64,000 bases of DNA from Octopus bimaculoides (taxonomy: Eukaryota). The notes beneath the pieces are model-generated. The model did not search any database, was not told where the DNA came from, and saw only the letters and a program-made list of their open reading frames with translations. The stretch covers positions 29,470,356 to 29,534,355 of the forward strand of contig NC_068982.1 of the NCBI RefSeq assembly GCF_001194135.2. The letters run 5' to 3'. Shown here in pieces: positions 39,945 to 52,330 of this stretch (its first letter is position 1; every line of letters starts with the position of its first letter). A program made the position numbers and the translations under genes.

Positions 39945-40160
39945 CTTTTACTTGTTTCAGTCATTTGACTGTGGCCATGCTGGAGCACCGCCTTTTGTTG
40001 AACAAATCAACTCCAGGACTTATTCTTATTCTTTGTAAGCCTAGTACTTATTCTATCAGTCTCTTTTGCCAAACTGCTAGGTTATGGGGACGTAAACACA
40101 CCAGCATCAGATGTCAAGTGATGTTGGGGGGGGGACAAACACAGACCACAAACATGCACA

Positions 40161-40226
<66 letters not shown>

Positions 40227-40231
40227 AATAA

Positions 40232-40262
<31 letters not shown>

Positions 40263-40530
40263 GTTTAATTCAGTTATAAATAATCTGTAGATAGAACATA
40301 AACTGGAAGATTGCAATTTTTTACTTTATATTATTGATTTTTTTTCTTTATTTTTATCTTTTTCATTTACTTATTTCATTCACTAGAATGCAGCCATTCT
40401 AGGGCACCACTTTACCAAATCCACTCACAAGGCTTTGGTTAGCCCGAGGCTATAGTAGAAGACGCCCAAGGTGCCATGCTGTGGGACTGAACCTGGAACT
40501 ATGTGGTTCATGAGCAAGCTACTTACCATG
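39945..40530 (-). mobile_element. SINE family A, full length, interrupted by a 141-bp insertion at 40273-40413
   Basis: The consensus ...TTCAGTT|...|TACCAAATCCACTCACAAGG is split by a foreign segment. Confidence 0.8.
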
Positions 40531-41158
40531 CAGCCACTCATGTGTGAAAGTCCACTGAATATATAAATATCTCTATAATATCTAAATATGTGTGTGTATG
40601 TGTGTGTTTATGTATTTGTACGTTTGTGTTTTTGCTTGATACTACTTATTTGTTGATGTTGGTTATGTCTCATCTAACCAAAATGCCTAGCAGCAGTTCG
40701 GCATAAGGTAAGCATAGAATAAAATACCGCATGTGAAAACCAAGTAAGACTTGGTCTTAGGAATGGGAATCCAAGTATTCCAAAAGAAATCTTGTATAAC
40801 CCAAGGAAACATGGAACAAGTGAATGTAAAAACAACTGCAAAGATGACAACAACAAACATGATAATGATGATGTTCTTACCCTTACTTCCATATTGCTTG
40901 AGTTCTTTGACTAATGCTTTTCATATTCAATTACTTCCACAGCTCAGTTATTCTTCATCTGTCTCTCTTTTCTCTTTCTCCTCTCTCTCTCTATCTATTT
41001 ATCTCTCTCACTCTTTTTCTCAATCTGATTATACACATATTAGATAATGTTCATATCTGAATCTTCTCCAATTACTTTGAATTTGCAAAGAATCTGTTTT
41101 AGTCTGGACACAAATGTTTTTTTTTTATAATGAACTGAAGCAATAATTTTACATTCTA

Positions 41159-41196
<38 letters not shown>

Positions 41197-41525
41197 GAAC
41201 CTTCCAACTATTTTCTACCTATCTACCTACCTATCTCAAACTTTAGCATCTATGTTATAATTTAATTTCCATTAATAACTTACATTAATCAATATTTAGA
41301 GAAAATTCTAGCAAGTGATGTTAAATTCTTTTTTCAGCAAATAATTTTTTTTCTTAATTTAGTCGAAGAAACCGACCCTAAGACCTATTCTTTGTAAGCC
41401 CAGTACTTATTTTATCGGTCTCTCTTGCCGAACCGCTAAGGTACGGGGACGTAAACACACCAGCATCGGTTATCAAGCGATGTTGGGGGACAAACACTGA
41501 CGCACAAACATATACACACACATAC

Positions 41526-41556
<31 letters not shown>

Positions 41557-41827
41557 NNNNNNNNNNNNNNNNNNNNNNNNNNNNNNNNNNNNNNNNNNNN
41601 NNNNNNNNNNNNNNNNNNNNNNNNNNNNNNNNNNNNNNNNNNNNNNNNNNNNNNNNNNNNNNNNNNNNNNNNNNNNNNNNNNNNNNNNNNNNNNNNNNNN
41701 NNNNNNNNNNNNNNNNNNNNNNNNNNNNNNNNNNNNNNNNNNNNNNNNNNNNNNNNNNNNNNNNNNNNNNNNNNNNNNNNNNNNNNNNNNNGGTAAGCAA
41801 GCTACTTACCACACAGCCACTCCTGCA

Positions 41828-41869
<42 letters not shown>

Positions 41870-41870
<1 letters not shown>

Positions 41871-42240
41871 TCCTCATCATCATCGTCGTCGTTTAACGTC
41901 TGCTTTCTATGCTAGCATGGGTTGGACGGTCTGACTGAGAACTGACAAGCCGGCAGGCTGCACCAGGCTCCAATCTGCTTTGGCAAGGTTTCTACAACTG
42001 AATGCCCTTCCTAACACCAACCACTTCAAGAGTGTAGTGGATGCTTTTATGTGCCACTGGTACAGGAGCCAGTCAGGCAGTATTGGCATTGGCCATGCTC
42101 GAATGGTGCTTTTTACATGTCAGGTGACACTGCCAGTCAGGTGACACTGGCATCAGTCAAGCTCAAATGGTGATTTTTATGTGCCACCATCACGGGTGCC
42201 ACTCAGGTGACATTGGCATCAGCCACATTTGAATGGTGCT
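41870..42240 (-). mobile_element. RTE-type 3' tail element with internal GTGCTTTTTA-type repeats
   Basis: (CAT/CGT)n TTTAACGTCTGCTTTCTATGCTAGCATGGG... Confidence 0.75.
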
Positions 42241-42927
42241 TTTTACGTACTGAGCTTCATTCCATTTCCATGTTCCCATCTATCAAATCCACTCACAAGT
42301 TTGGGCCAGCCTGGGGTGATAGAAGGAGACAATTGTCCAAGCTTCCACTCAGTGAGGCTGAACCTGAAATGACTGGCTGCGAGGTAGACTTCGTAGCCAT
42401 GCTATTTGAATGTGTCAAAAAAACATGTACGACTTAAGTGTATCTAGTCTAGATCACAATAGTATAGCAAAGAGTAGCAAATAAGACAAACAACTGCCAA
42501 AAGTTAAGATGTAATTAGGTCAACGACAGACTGAAAAATATTGAACAAAAATTATTATTGATCTTCAGGAATTGGGAACAACAGTAATTTGGTGGAAAAA
42601 AAAAACAGGATTAGTAGTTGCAGCCTATCAACAAAACTCACCTAATCTATACTGGCATCAAAGCAGTAAAATAACAATGATGATCACTATGATAATGGTG
42701 GTGAAGGCAGGATATTTCTTGATATTTTTGACAGTATCCTGCAGATTCCTTTCTTTGTTTTCTTTTTATTTTCAGAGATTTATTTCTCTTTCTAACTCTT
42801 TATCATCCATTTGTAAACTCCTAGATAAGAATCATTATAAAGTGTTCATCCCCAAAGATGCCTGGTTGGCTGTCAGCCAACTAGTTGCTTTCTTCCTTTC
42901 AAATAACACAGCTACCATTAGTATATG

Positions 42928-42960
<33 letters not shown>

Positions 42961-44117
42961 AGATGCTTCTGATAAGAATTCATCCTTTTTGAAAGTAATT
43001 ACTTCTCTCTGAAACCAGGACAAATGTTACAGCATTAAAATAATTGAAAGTTTTACACAGACACCAATAGTTTCTGCTTGATATACTCACTCATCACATT
43101 TTTATTACAAAGACAAGCTAGCAAGACACTTGTGTCTTTTCTTAACCAGCAAGAAGTACATAGTAGTTTAGCTGTATTTATGTGTCTATTTGCCTGTTAC
43201 TCTGTCACTCTCTCTTCCTCTCGCTCTCTCTTCCTCATTGTCTACCTCAAACATTATCTCTCCTTCTCCCCACTCTCTTTCTTATTCACAAACATACACA
43301 CACACTCACTGAGAATTTAAACGATATTATTTCTACTGAAAATGATAATTTATGTTGTCTTGCACTACAGTTTCTGAATATTAAGGCCTTTTTATATTGA
43401 GGAAAACTGGAAAATGTTGTTTCTGATTTTGCTTTTGTTTTTGTATTTAACTCTGGTGACAAAAAAAAAAAAAAATAATAAAAGTTGGAGTGAGTCATAG
43501 TTGTGTAAGAAAATACATTTCTTAGCAAGAATAACTCGGCAAATACACAATATATATATATATATATATATATGTAAAAAAGAAGTCATTGGGGAAAAGA
43601 GTAAAGAGAAAATTTATTTTGATAATTGTAATAATCCTCCTCATGATTTTAACATCCACATTTCTGTTCTTGTATGGATTGGACAGAATTTACTGAGACA
43701 GGTTTTCTATGGCTGGATGCCCTTCCTGTTGCCAACCCTCGCCTGTTTCTCAGCAAGGTAATGTTTCGCCATAGCCAGACATGTTCTTGTAGAATAGTGG
43801 AAATAAATGACACTGCTTGTATGACAGTGAAAATAATTTACAGCTATCATAAACACACCACACACACACGCACACACACACATACACACACACACACACA
43901 TGCACACATGCACTTACACATGCACACACACGCACATGCACGTTTGACAAGTTTCTTTCAGTTTCCGTTTATCAAATCCACTCAGAAGGCTTTGGTCAAT
44001 CTGGGGCTGTAGCAGAAGATACTTGCCAAAGGTGTGACACAGTGAGACTGAACCTAGAACCATATGGTTGGGAAGCGAACTTCTTACCATACAGCCATAC
44101 CTGCACCTATAATAATA

Positions 44118-44375
44118 TAAAAAATAAATGCGCCTTTTTAAAGCCTAGCTAGGCTCATGGGCCCAGTTTCCCGGTTTCAATGGTGTATATGTTCCCCAGC
44201 TGAATGGGTCACCAGTCCATCGCAGTGTTACTCATTTTTGTCAGCTGAGTGGACTGGAGCAATGTGAAACAAAGTGTTTTGTTCAAGAACACAACGCGTT
44301 GCCTGGTCCAGGAATTGAAACCACAATCGTATGATCATGATGCTGAAACCCTAACTACTAAGCCACGTACCTCCA
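44118..44375 (-). mobile_element. tRNA-derived SINE family D, full length, 14-bp TSD
   Basis: TSD CACCTATAATAATA at 44104-44117 and 44376-44389; inserted next to the head of a family A copy (about 43950-44105). Confidence 0.9.
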
Positions 44376-45099
44376 CACCTATAATAATACAGGTGATAAA
44401 AGAGTAAAGATTTAAGAGTTGTTGTTGGTCACAATAGATACACACCCAATAATTCTGATGTATATAAAAAACAATACACAAAATAGTGAGCAGTATTACT
44501 AAGAGAGCATTCTGGGTAAAATTAATGACATTATTATTGAACTGAATGTGTTTAACAATGATTAATTAAAGTGCTTATTGATTGCAAGTATGGTAAAGAT
44601 AAACACCTGATGAATCAAATTCATGCCCCAGTTTTCAATTACTGATCCTAAAAATTATATAAGAATCATGCAATATCATTTTAAATCTTTTCAATAAATT
44701 AACGTGCTTAAGTGAGATGAATAATGATTTCCAACGTGAAGACGAAGATAAACAATCTGTACCATGTGTAACCTAGTTTTGCAACAGGTTCATCATGTGT
44801 GTGTATGTGTATATGTGTGCGTGTGTGTGTGTGTATGTGTTTGTGTGATAAGAGGTGGCTGAAAAAGTTGGTATCAAGAAGAAAGAGCAACTTATACTGT
44901 CTCAGCTTGAGTCAATATGGAAACATGGACATAAGACTATGACAGTAGTGACAATGAAGGTGGTGGTGGGGATGGTGGTGGTGGTAGTGATGAGTGGTGG
45001 TAGCAGTGGTGGTCATGGTGAGGTTGATGATGCACAAACCTAAATACAGTGGGAGGAAGGTTCAATCGATTATATCTGCCCAAGTACAGGTGGTGAGCA

Positions 45100-45295
45100 T
45101 GACAGGCAAAATGCTGAGTGGCATTTTGTCAGTCCTTATGTTCTGAGTTCAAATTCCACTGGGATCAACTTTGCTTTTCATCCTTTTGGGGAGTCGATAA
45201 AATAAGTGCCATACAAGCACTGAGGGTGATCTAACTGACTTAGTCCCTCCCCTGAAATTTCTGGCCTTGTGCCAAAATTCGAAATCAATATCAGC
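45100..45295 (+). mobile_element. SINE family C (left arm of an inverted pair)
   Basis: GGCAAAATGCTGAGTGGCATTTTG...TTCTGAGTTCAAATTCC...TTTCATCCTTTTGGGG. Confidence 0.75.
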
Positions 45296-45329
45296 CCCAG
45301 TACTTGATTGGTACTCGTTATATCTTGAA

Positions 45330-45535
45330 ATTTGACCTGAAAATTATGGGGAGGCGGGTAAGTCAATCACATCAACCCCAGTACTTGACTGGTACTTAAT
45401 TTGTTGACCCCAAAAGGATGAAAAGCAAAGTCAAAAGGAAAATTCAACCGTGGTGGAATTTGAACTCAGAACACAAAGATAGATGAAATGCTGCTATTCA
45501 TTTTGTCCAGTGTGCTAACGATTCTGTCAGTTCAT
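45330..45535 (-). mobile_element. SINE family C (right arm of an inverted pair)
   Basis: CCCCAAAAGGATGAAAAGCAAAG...GGAATTTGAACTCAGAA...CATTTTGTCCAGTGTGCTAACG. Confidence 0.75.
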
Positions 45536-45767
45536 CTCTATTTGTCCTCCCATCACTGCTTGACAACTGGTGTTGGTGTGCTTATGTCCCCCAACTTAAT
45601 GGTTCAGCAAACGAGACTGATAGAATAAGTACTAGGCTTAAAAAAATGAGTCCTGGCGCTGATTTGTTCGACTAAAAACTCTTCAAGGTAGTGTTCAAGC
45701 ATGGCCACAGTCAAATGGCTGAAGCAAGTAAAAGAATAAAGGAATATAATTCCCATAGGCGTAGGAG

Positions 45768-45950
45768 TGGCTGTGTGGTAAGTAGCCTGCTTACCAACCA
45801 CATGGTTCTGGGTTCAGTTCCACTGCGTGGCACCTTGGGCAAGTGTCTTCTACTATAGCCTTGGGCCGACCAATGCCTTATTATAAGTGGATTTGGTAGA
45901 TGGAAACTGAAAGAAGCCCGTCGTATATATGTATATATATATATATTATA

Positions 45951-45991
<41 letters not shown>

Positions 45992-46205
45992 TTGTGTGTC
46001 TGTGTTTGTCCCCCCAACATCGCTTGACATCCGATGTTGGTGTGTTTACGTCCCCGTAACTTAGTAGTTCGGCAAAAGCGACCGATAGAATAAGTACTAG
46101 GCTTACAAAGAATAAATTCCAGGGCCGATTTGCTTGATTAAAGGCGGTGCTCCAGCATGGCCACAGTCAAATGACTGAAACAAGTAAAAGACTAAAAGAG
46201 AGTAA
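45768..46205 (+). mobile_element. SINE family A, least degraded copy (head, central domain, (TA)(TG) array, tail)
   Basis: A/B-box-like head GGCGTAGGAGTGGCTGTGTGG...GGGTTCAGTTCCA; CpG-retaining tail ending AAGTAAAAGA repeats. Confidence 0.9.
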
Positions 46206-46845
46206 AGAGTATAGTTACACACTAGATAAAAAAGTTAAAAACATACACAGAGCAATCCTAGCTTTTGGTTATTTTTCATTTAACCAAGAATGATTTAGTA
46301 ATATTTTGAGTAACTGAAGGAACCATTTAGTTTCCAAAAATTGCTCTGCTTTTGCTCATCTCATTTTCTGCAATGAATAGAACCCCAAAATAATTGAATT
46401 GTCAGCTTTAATGTAAAATAAGTAGATACAGAATAATACTGCAAATAATGAATAGCAACTCAGATTAAACCCTGAAACATAAGACCACTCTTTGGCAAAA
46501 ATACATTAAATTCTACAAACAGAAAGGTTTTAATTTGAAAAAAAGTTTCTATAATCTATTAGCACAGTCTTAGAATTGAAACCTGGATGAAGGGCAATAT
46601 AAAATGATTTCTAGTAGTTATACATTTCTTTACAAAAATAACAACGTAAATGTGATTTATCAGTTTATTTTTGCATTAATTGAAAAGTTCTCTTGCAGCA
46701 ATTCTACCTGAAGTTTCTTAATGACATCACTGCTACTGCATTTCTGAAAAATGTGTAACTCTCATGTAATACGCATCAGTGAATATGTTCCTAAATTAAA
46801 AACTCACATAACATGCCTCTCGGTTTTTATTCTATGATGTAGTAT

Positions 46846-46885
<40 letters not shown>

Positions 46886-47548
46886 NNNNNNNNNNNNNNN
46901 NNNNNNNNNNNNNNNNNNNNNNNNNNNNNNNNNNNNNNNNNNNNNNNNNNNNNNNNNNNNNNNNNNNNNNNNNNNNNNNNNNNNNNNNNNNNNNNNNNNN
47001 NNNNNNNNNNNNNNNNNNNNNNNNNNNNNNNNNNNNNNNNNNNNNNNNNNNNNNNNNNNNNNNNNNNNNNNNNNNNNNNNNNNNNNNNNNNNNNNNNNNN
47101 NNNNNNNNNNNNNNNNNNNNNNNNNNNNNNNNNNNNNNNNNNNNNNNNNNNNNNNNNNNNNNNNNNNNNNNNNNNNNNNNNNNNNNNNNNNNNNNNNNNN
47201 NNNNNNNNNNNNNNNNNNNNNNNNNNNNNNNNNNNNNNNNNNNNNNNNNNNNNNNNNNNNNNNNNNNNNNNNNNNNNNNNNNNNNNNNNNNNNNNNNNNN
47301 NNNNNNNNNNNNNNNNNNNNNNNNNNNNNNNNNNNNNNNNNNNNNNNNNNNNNNNNNNNNNNNNNNNNNNNNNNNNNNNNNNNNNNNNNNNNNNNNNNNN
47401 NNNNNNNNNNNNNNNNNNNNNNNNNNNNNNNNNNNNNNNNNNNNNNNNNNNNNNNNNNNNNNNNNNNNNNNNNNNNNNNNNNNNNNNNNNNNNNNNNNNN
47501 NNNNNNNNNNNNNNNNNNNNNNNNNNNNNNNNNNNNNTAACAACAGTG

Positions 47549-47733
47549 GTTCACTACAGCTGTTCCAGACATATTTTTCATTGATGAACAGAAGTGTTAC
47601 ATCATGCAAAAACCCCTCATTTTCATCAGGTGAAAACAGGCATGGTTTAACAATTAGAACTTCTCAAAAACAGTATGATGTGAAATTTCTGTTCATTAAT
47701 AAAAAAAACATGTCTGGAATGGCTGTGGTGAAC
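47549..47733. repeat. Imperfect inverted repeat / foldback (arms about 57 bp, loop about 70 bp)
   Basis: 47549-47605 pairs with 47675-47733. Confidence 0.8.
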
Positions 47734-48273
47734 TGCAATCCATCTGTTATTATTGTTTATCCTTCACCTAACTCAGAACTTGCAATTTATTTGGATTGGG
47801 AGTTTATAGACAGTGGTGCGATAGGTGCAGTAGGTGTATCCATGTGTGACTTTGATGACCTGTTGCGTAACCAGTCTGCCATTTTTGCTTCTATGATAGT
47901 GATGTGCATTTACAATCATCATGTAATGTCAATACAAGGATTCAGGCACACATACACACACGCACACACACATACATACATATACAATGTGCTTCTTTCA
48001 GTTTTCATGTAGCAAATCCACTCACATGGATATAATACAAGACACTTGCTCAAGGTGCCATGAGTGGGAGTAAACCCAAGACCACATGGCTGGAATGCAA
48101 TATAAGTGTATATGTGTATGTGGATATGTATGCCTGTATGTATTAAAGGAAGAGCTGACAGTTTTTATGGGATAATCTGCTGAGCACAACAGATCAGACT
48201 TGCAGCTGGAACAAGATCCCAACCAAAATGCAAGGCTACATAGTGGTGATAGTAGTGGAACAATACCACTGAC

Positions 48274-48604
48274 CAGTGATTCTCAACAATTGTTTTTATC
48301 TATGGACCCCTTCCCTCTGGTTACTATCTTATTCTGGTGGACCCCCATAGCCATTCAATGTTTAAAAACTAATTTCATTAATACTTCTTTCAAAATTATT
48401 TTGTAATTCACTTGCATAGGTTGAATTATATAAAACATTAGAGAAAAAAACCTAGCTGTTTCTTGTAATAAATACGTCTAAAACAAGTTTTTCGTGGATC
48501 CTTAAGATAATACTGCAGATCCAATTTATTATTTTGCTAATGTGAAATCTTCAAAATCTTCTATAGACACCAGGGGTTACATGGACCCTGGTTGAGAACC
48601 ACTG
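48274..48604. mobile_element. hAT (Charlie-like) MITE
   Basis: TIRs CAGTGATTCTCAAC / GTTGAGAACCACTG; 8-bp TSD only 4/8 conserved; a related right end is at about 4885-4950. Confidence 0.65.
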
Positions 48605-48834
48605 CTGTTGATAATGCCATAACAGCAAAGAGCCAAACTTGGATAGACTGACTGAAAGAGGGTAGCAGAGAAAAATATCACATATTTTTTATTCAAGTTG
48701 GCCTTCAAATAAGCTGCAAAGTTAAAACAAGTATAGATATTTTCATCTTTGAATTGAAGCTAAATTCCAGTTATACATAGCAAGGAGAAGCATAAAAAGT
48801 AAAAAAAAAAAATTGAAATATTCTTTGATGCGAG

Positions 48835-49010
48835 GATCAGGAGCCTGAGGTGTTCCACATTGCTAGGAAGTATACTAGAGAAAACTGAAGTGTTGTCATG
48901 GCGTAGTGTATGTAGAATGATAACATCTGATACCGTTCCATTGCTGGAAACAACATATGCATGCTGCTCTGTAATAATATTCAGATTTGAACAAATTTGT
49001 TGTGGAAAGG
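48835..49010 (+). mobile_element. Old RTE LINE remnant
   Basis: QEPEVFHIARKYTREN resembles the RTE linker EVFRIARQ..REN motif. Confidence 0.4.
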
Positions 49011-51771
49011 CAACTGTAACATATATTGTTAACAAGAACATAGAATAGGAGCTAAATTTGTAATTTATTCAGTGATTGGCAAAGATGAAAATATCGATAC
49101 TTGCTTCAACTTTGCAGATTGTTTGAAGGCTAATTTGGATAATAATTTTTTGTGTGTGTGTTCTGGTACAGTTCAGTTAATGAAAATTGGCAAGTTACAA
49201 GAATAATAAAAGAAATTCTTAAAGATGAAGTGAGTAAAGGGTACGTAACGGAAAAGGAGAAATTGACTAAAAAGAGAAATTTAAAATGGTTGGGGAGAAA
49301 AGAATGTGATAGATATGAATTGAAGGAGTAAAGAGATGTGGAAGTGAGAGAAAGAAGCTAGATGCTACAAAGAGAAATTAAATGGGGAAGAATGGTTAAA
49401 TTCAAATAAAGAAAGAGGAACAAATAAATAATAAGAATTATCCTAATTTTGGTACAAGGCTAGCAATTTTGAAGGGAAAATTAAGTCAATTACTTCAACC
49501 CCCAATGCTCAGCTGGTACTTATTCTATTAACAAAAAAATGATAAAAGGCAAAATCAACATTGGCGACATTTGCACTCACAATGTAAAAATCCAGAAGAA
49601 TTGCTGCTAAGCATTTTGTCCAGCAAAATAACTTACTATGCTAGCTCATTGCTTTGCAATAATCCTTTCTACCACTGCTACATTGGCTGCTGCTTCTCAG
49701 AAATGGTTGGTCTAATGCTACCCAACTCATGTCCTCCAGGCACACTCTGTTCTCTTCCTTTCACTCATATTCTATTATCCACCTCCAGTTTTTGTAATAA
49801 CAACTATTCCTTCCTCCCCAGAGCATCAGTCCTCTAGAACAATCTTCCCACATATTTTCCCCTGCAACTATTGTCTGCAATAGTTCATGCAGGCTGTTGA
49901 TGGCAACTAATCTTCCTGGTCTTGGAAGGTCTGTAAAAGCCACAGCCACACACACTATCACCAAAACCAATGAAAATGATACCAACATAGAAAAGTAGAC
50001 TGTGGACTTTCCTTTGAATAAACATTGATAGCTTGGAGAGAGGAGGCTTGCATGTATAAGCAACTACTAGTCTTCCACAAAAATATCTTGTCAAGGATTG
50101 CTCATATATGTACAAACACATGATCAACATTGGCTGATGGAGGCCTTACAAAATAAATATATGCTAGAGATCTCCCTGTTGTGAAATTCATTAAAAGGAA
50201 AGAATTAGCTATTATAAGCTACATGCTAAATATTCTCTTTCGTGAGGCAACTTGATACTTAACTAAATGGGCAGTAACAATTTTGTGGCTTATAATATGG
50301 GAATTTCATTGCATGCAGGAAATAGTTGTGTGAAAAGACAACATTTCTAAAAATGTAAATCCAAAAATGCAATTTTTTGTGCACATTGTTGCAGCATCTT
50401 TTGACAAGTTTGTTTTTATTTATAGAAAGAAGTATTCATATGATAAAGAATAAACCAATAATAAGAGAAATAAATATCTGCATAAAAGGAATTTTTCCAT
50501 AAATAATGTGATTCTTGCATTAAAAGCAAGAATCAAATCAGTTCTGTACCATCTGGCTTGCATCAGAGATTATATTCCCAACAGTTATTCTCATTCAATC
50601 AAATTATAGTTCCCTGAGAAGAACATTCTCTGAGTGCCAAACTTTAATTTATTCAATCAAAGAATAGCAGACAGTAAACAAAAAACAAGATCTAATAATA
50701 AAATTATCCTTGAGTTTTGTCTTGACATAATCTCAAATTTTAATGTCTTCTGCATATATTTATAAAAGAAAACAATGAAATTTTAAAAACTTTCAATAGT
50801 AAACTTTTTTTTTTAATTTAAAAACAAAATGCAAAATTTCTACTTGTTCTTTATCAGGTGTTTTGTATTGATTTTTTTTCTTCATTCATTTTTAATGATA
50901 TCATCAGTCACAAAGTGTATATTTTACATTCTGAGGTCACGCATCTGTCAGTTCAATTACATCAAACTCAAAATCTATGCTTTCGATTTCATCAGTCATA
51001 ACACTAGTATTTTCAATTTCATCAGTCATAATGTTAGTATTTTCAATTTACAATTTGATCGTGAAGTTATGAAGAAAAACTTTTACTGCTTACAAGCTTT
51101 ACAATTTATTGATGAAATCAATAACACTGTCTACCGACTATTGATTCATTGGTCTCAAAGCTGACAAATTACTACATTTTTACCAAGTGTAATATTTAAC
51201 AACTTTATTGCATACAGTTCAACAACAATTTTCTCGTAGAAACTTCAACAATAAATTAGATTTAAATGATGAGGCATCAACTATAGCTTTTGTTCAAGAG
51301 AGCTAGAGTAGATTAAATAATTGTAAGTTGCTTCAATGGCTTCATGTTCTGATTTTGGAATCTCATCCTTTCATCATTTTAACATTGTAGTGTAAACCAA
51401 ATACCAGTAATGCACTGTAGTAAATAGTCGAATTTGCTAATAACAAAACATTTGCTCTGTTTTCAAGAAAATACGGTTTAAATATAACATTGTATAAACA
51501 GTTATGATTGCTTAGAGTTAAGTAATCAACGAAGATGAGATAAATAATGATAAATTTAATTATTTTGTTTGCAATTTTCCAAAAATATATGAAAATTAAT
51601 CCTGCTGTTTACTAAAATGTTTATCAGCAACAGAACTTGAATACATGATTTAAAACTACAGAAATCTAAGTTTGTAGCTGCTATCCTCATTCAGTATCTC
51701 ATCTCTACGCTACTCTGATGAATAGGTGAAAACAAGATAAAACAACATACAATATCAGCTTTGGGTCATTT

Positions 51772-51991
51772 TACGAGGAGTGCTGAAAATCTTTTAGCTT
51801 TGGGTGAAAGAAAATACAGGAAGATCAGTTAATTATGATTTTATTCAGCATATTCCTCTCTCAGATTTATACACTTATTATAGTGGCCCTTCAATTTTTC
51901 CAAGCCCTGTAAAAGAACTTGGAAAGCTGGGCCTCCAATCAGGCCTTTCACAATATCTTTAAAGTCAGGAAGTTTCCAGCACCTCCTTGTA
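51772..51991 (-). mobile_element. Internally deleted mariner (third family)
   Basis: TIRs TACGAGGAGTGCTGAAAA / TTTCCAGCACCTCCTTGTA; LLQGLEKLKGHYNKCINLREEYAE* on the minus strand. Confidence 0.8.
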
Positions 51992-52089
51992 CATAAGAAA
52001 CACGATACAAAAAACTCGTTTGGGCAGTGTCTTTGCAGATTGAAAGCTCAACAAAATCTTGAGTTTGCTACTATTATTTCATGTTGCTC

Positions 52090-52330
52090 CACTTTATTTC
52101 TTGTTGCTCCAGTTCACTCAGCTGTAAAAAGAGTTGTGACATCACTGGTGCCAAGCTGTATCAGTCTTTGCCTTTCCCTTGGATAACATCAGTGGCATAG
52201 AGAGGGAAGGCTGGTATGCATGAGCGACTGCTGGTCTTCCAGAAGCAACCTTGTCCAGACTTGTGCCTTGGAGGGGACCTTTCCAGGTGCAATACCATGG
52301 TCATTCAGGACCAAAGGGGTCTTTACTCCA
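52090..52330 (+). mobile_element. SINE family B, 5'-truncated
   Basis: Homologous to 55720-55955. Confidence 0.75.

Noticed and set aside
42642-42820. Minus-strand segment with acceptor and GTGAGT donor; includes MDDKELEREINL and a hydrophobic tail
   Set aside because: Stops in all three frames, and the hydrophobic stretch comes from a (CAT)-like repeat; cannot be supported as coding.
46708-46743. 36-nt candidate exon (KCSSSDVIKKLQ)
   Set aside because: Plausible borders but no corroborating evidence.
48760-49048. ORFs on both strands resembling an exon
   Set aside because: Better explained as a decayed RTE linker on the + strand.
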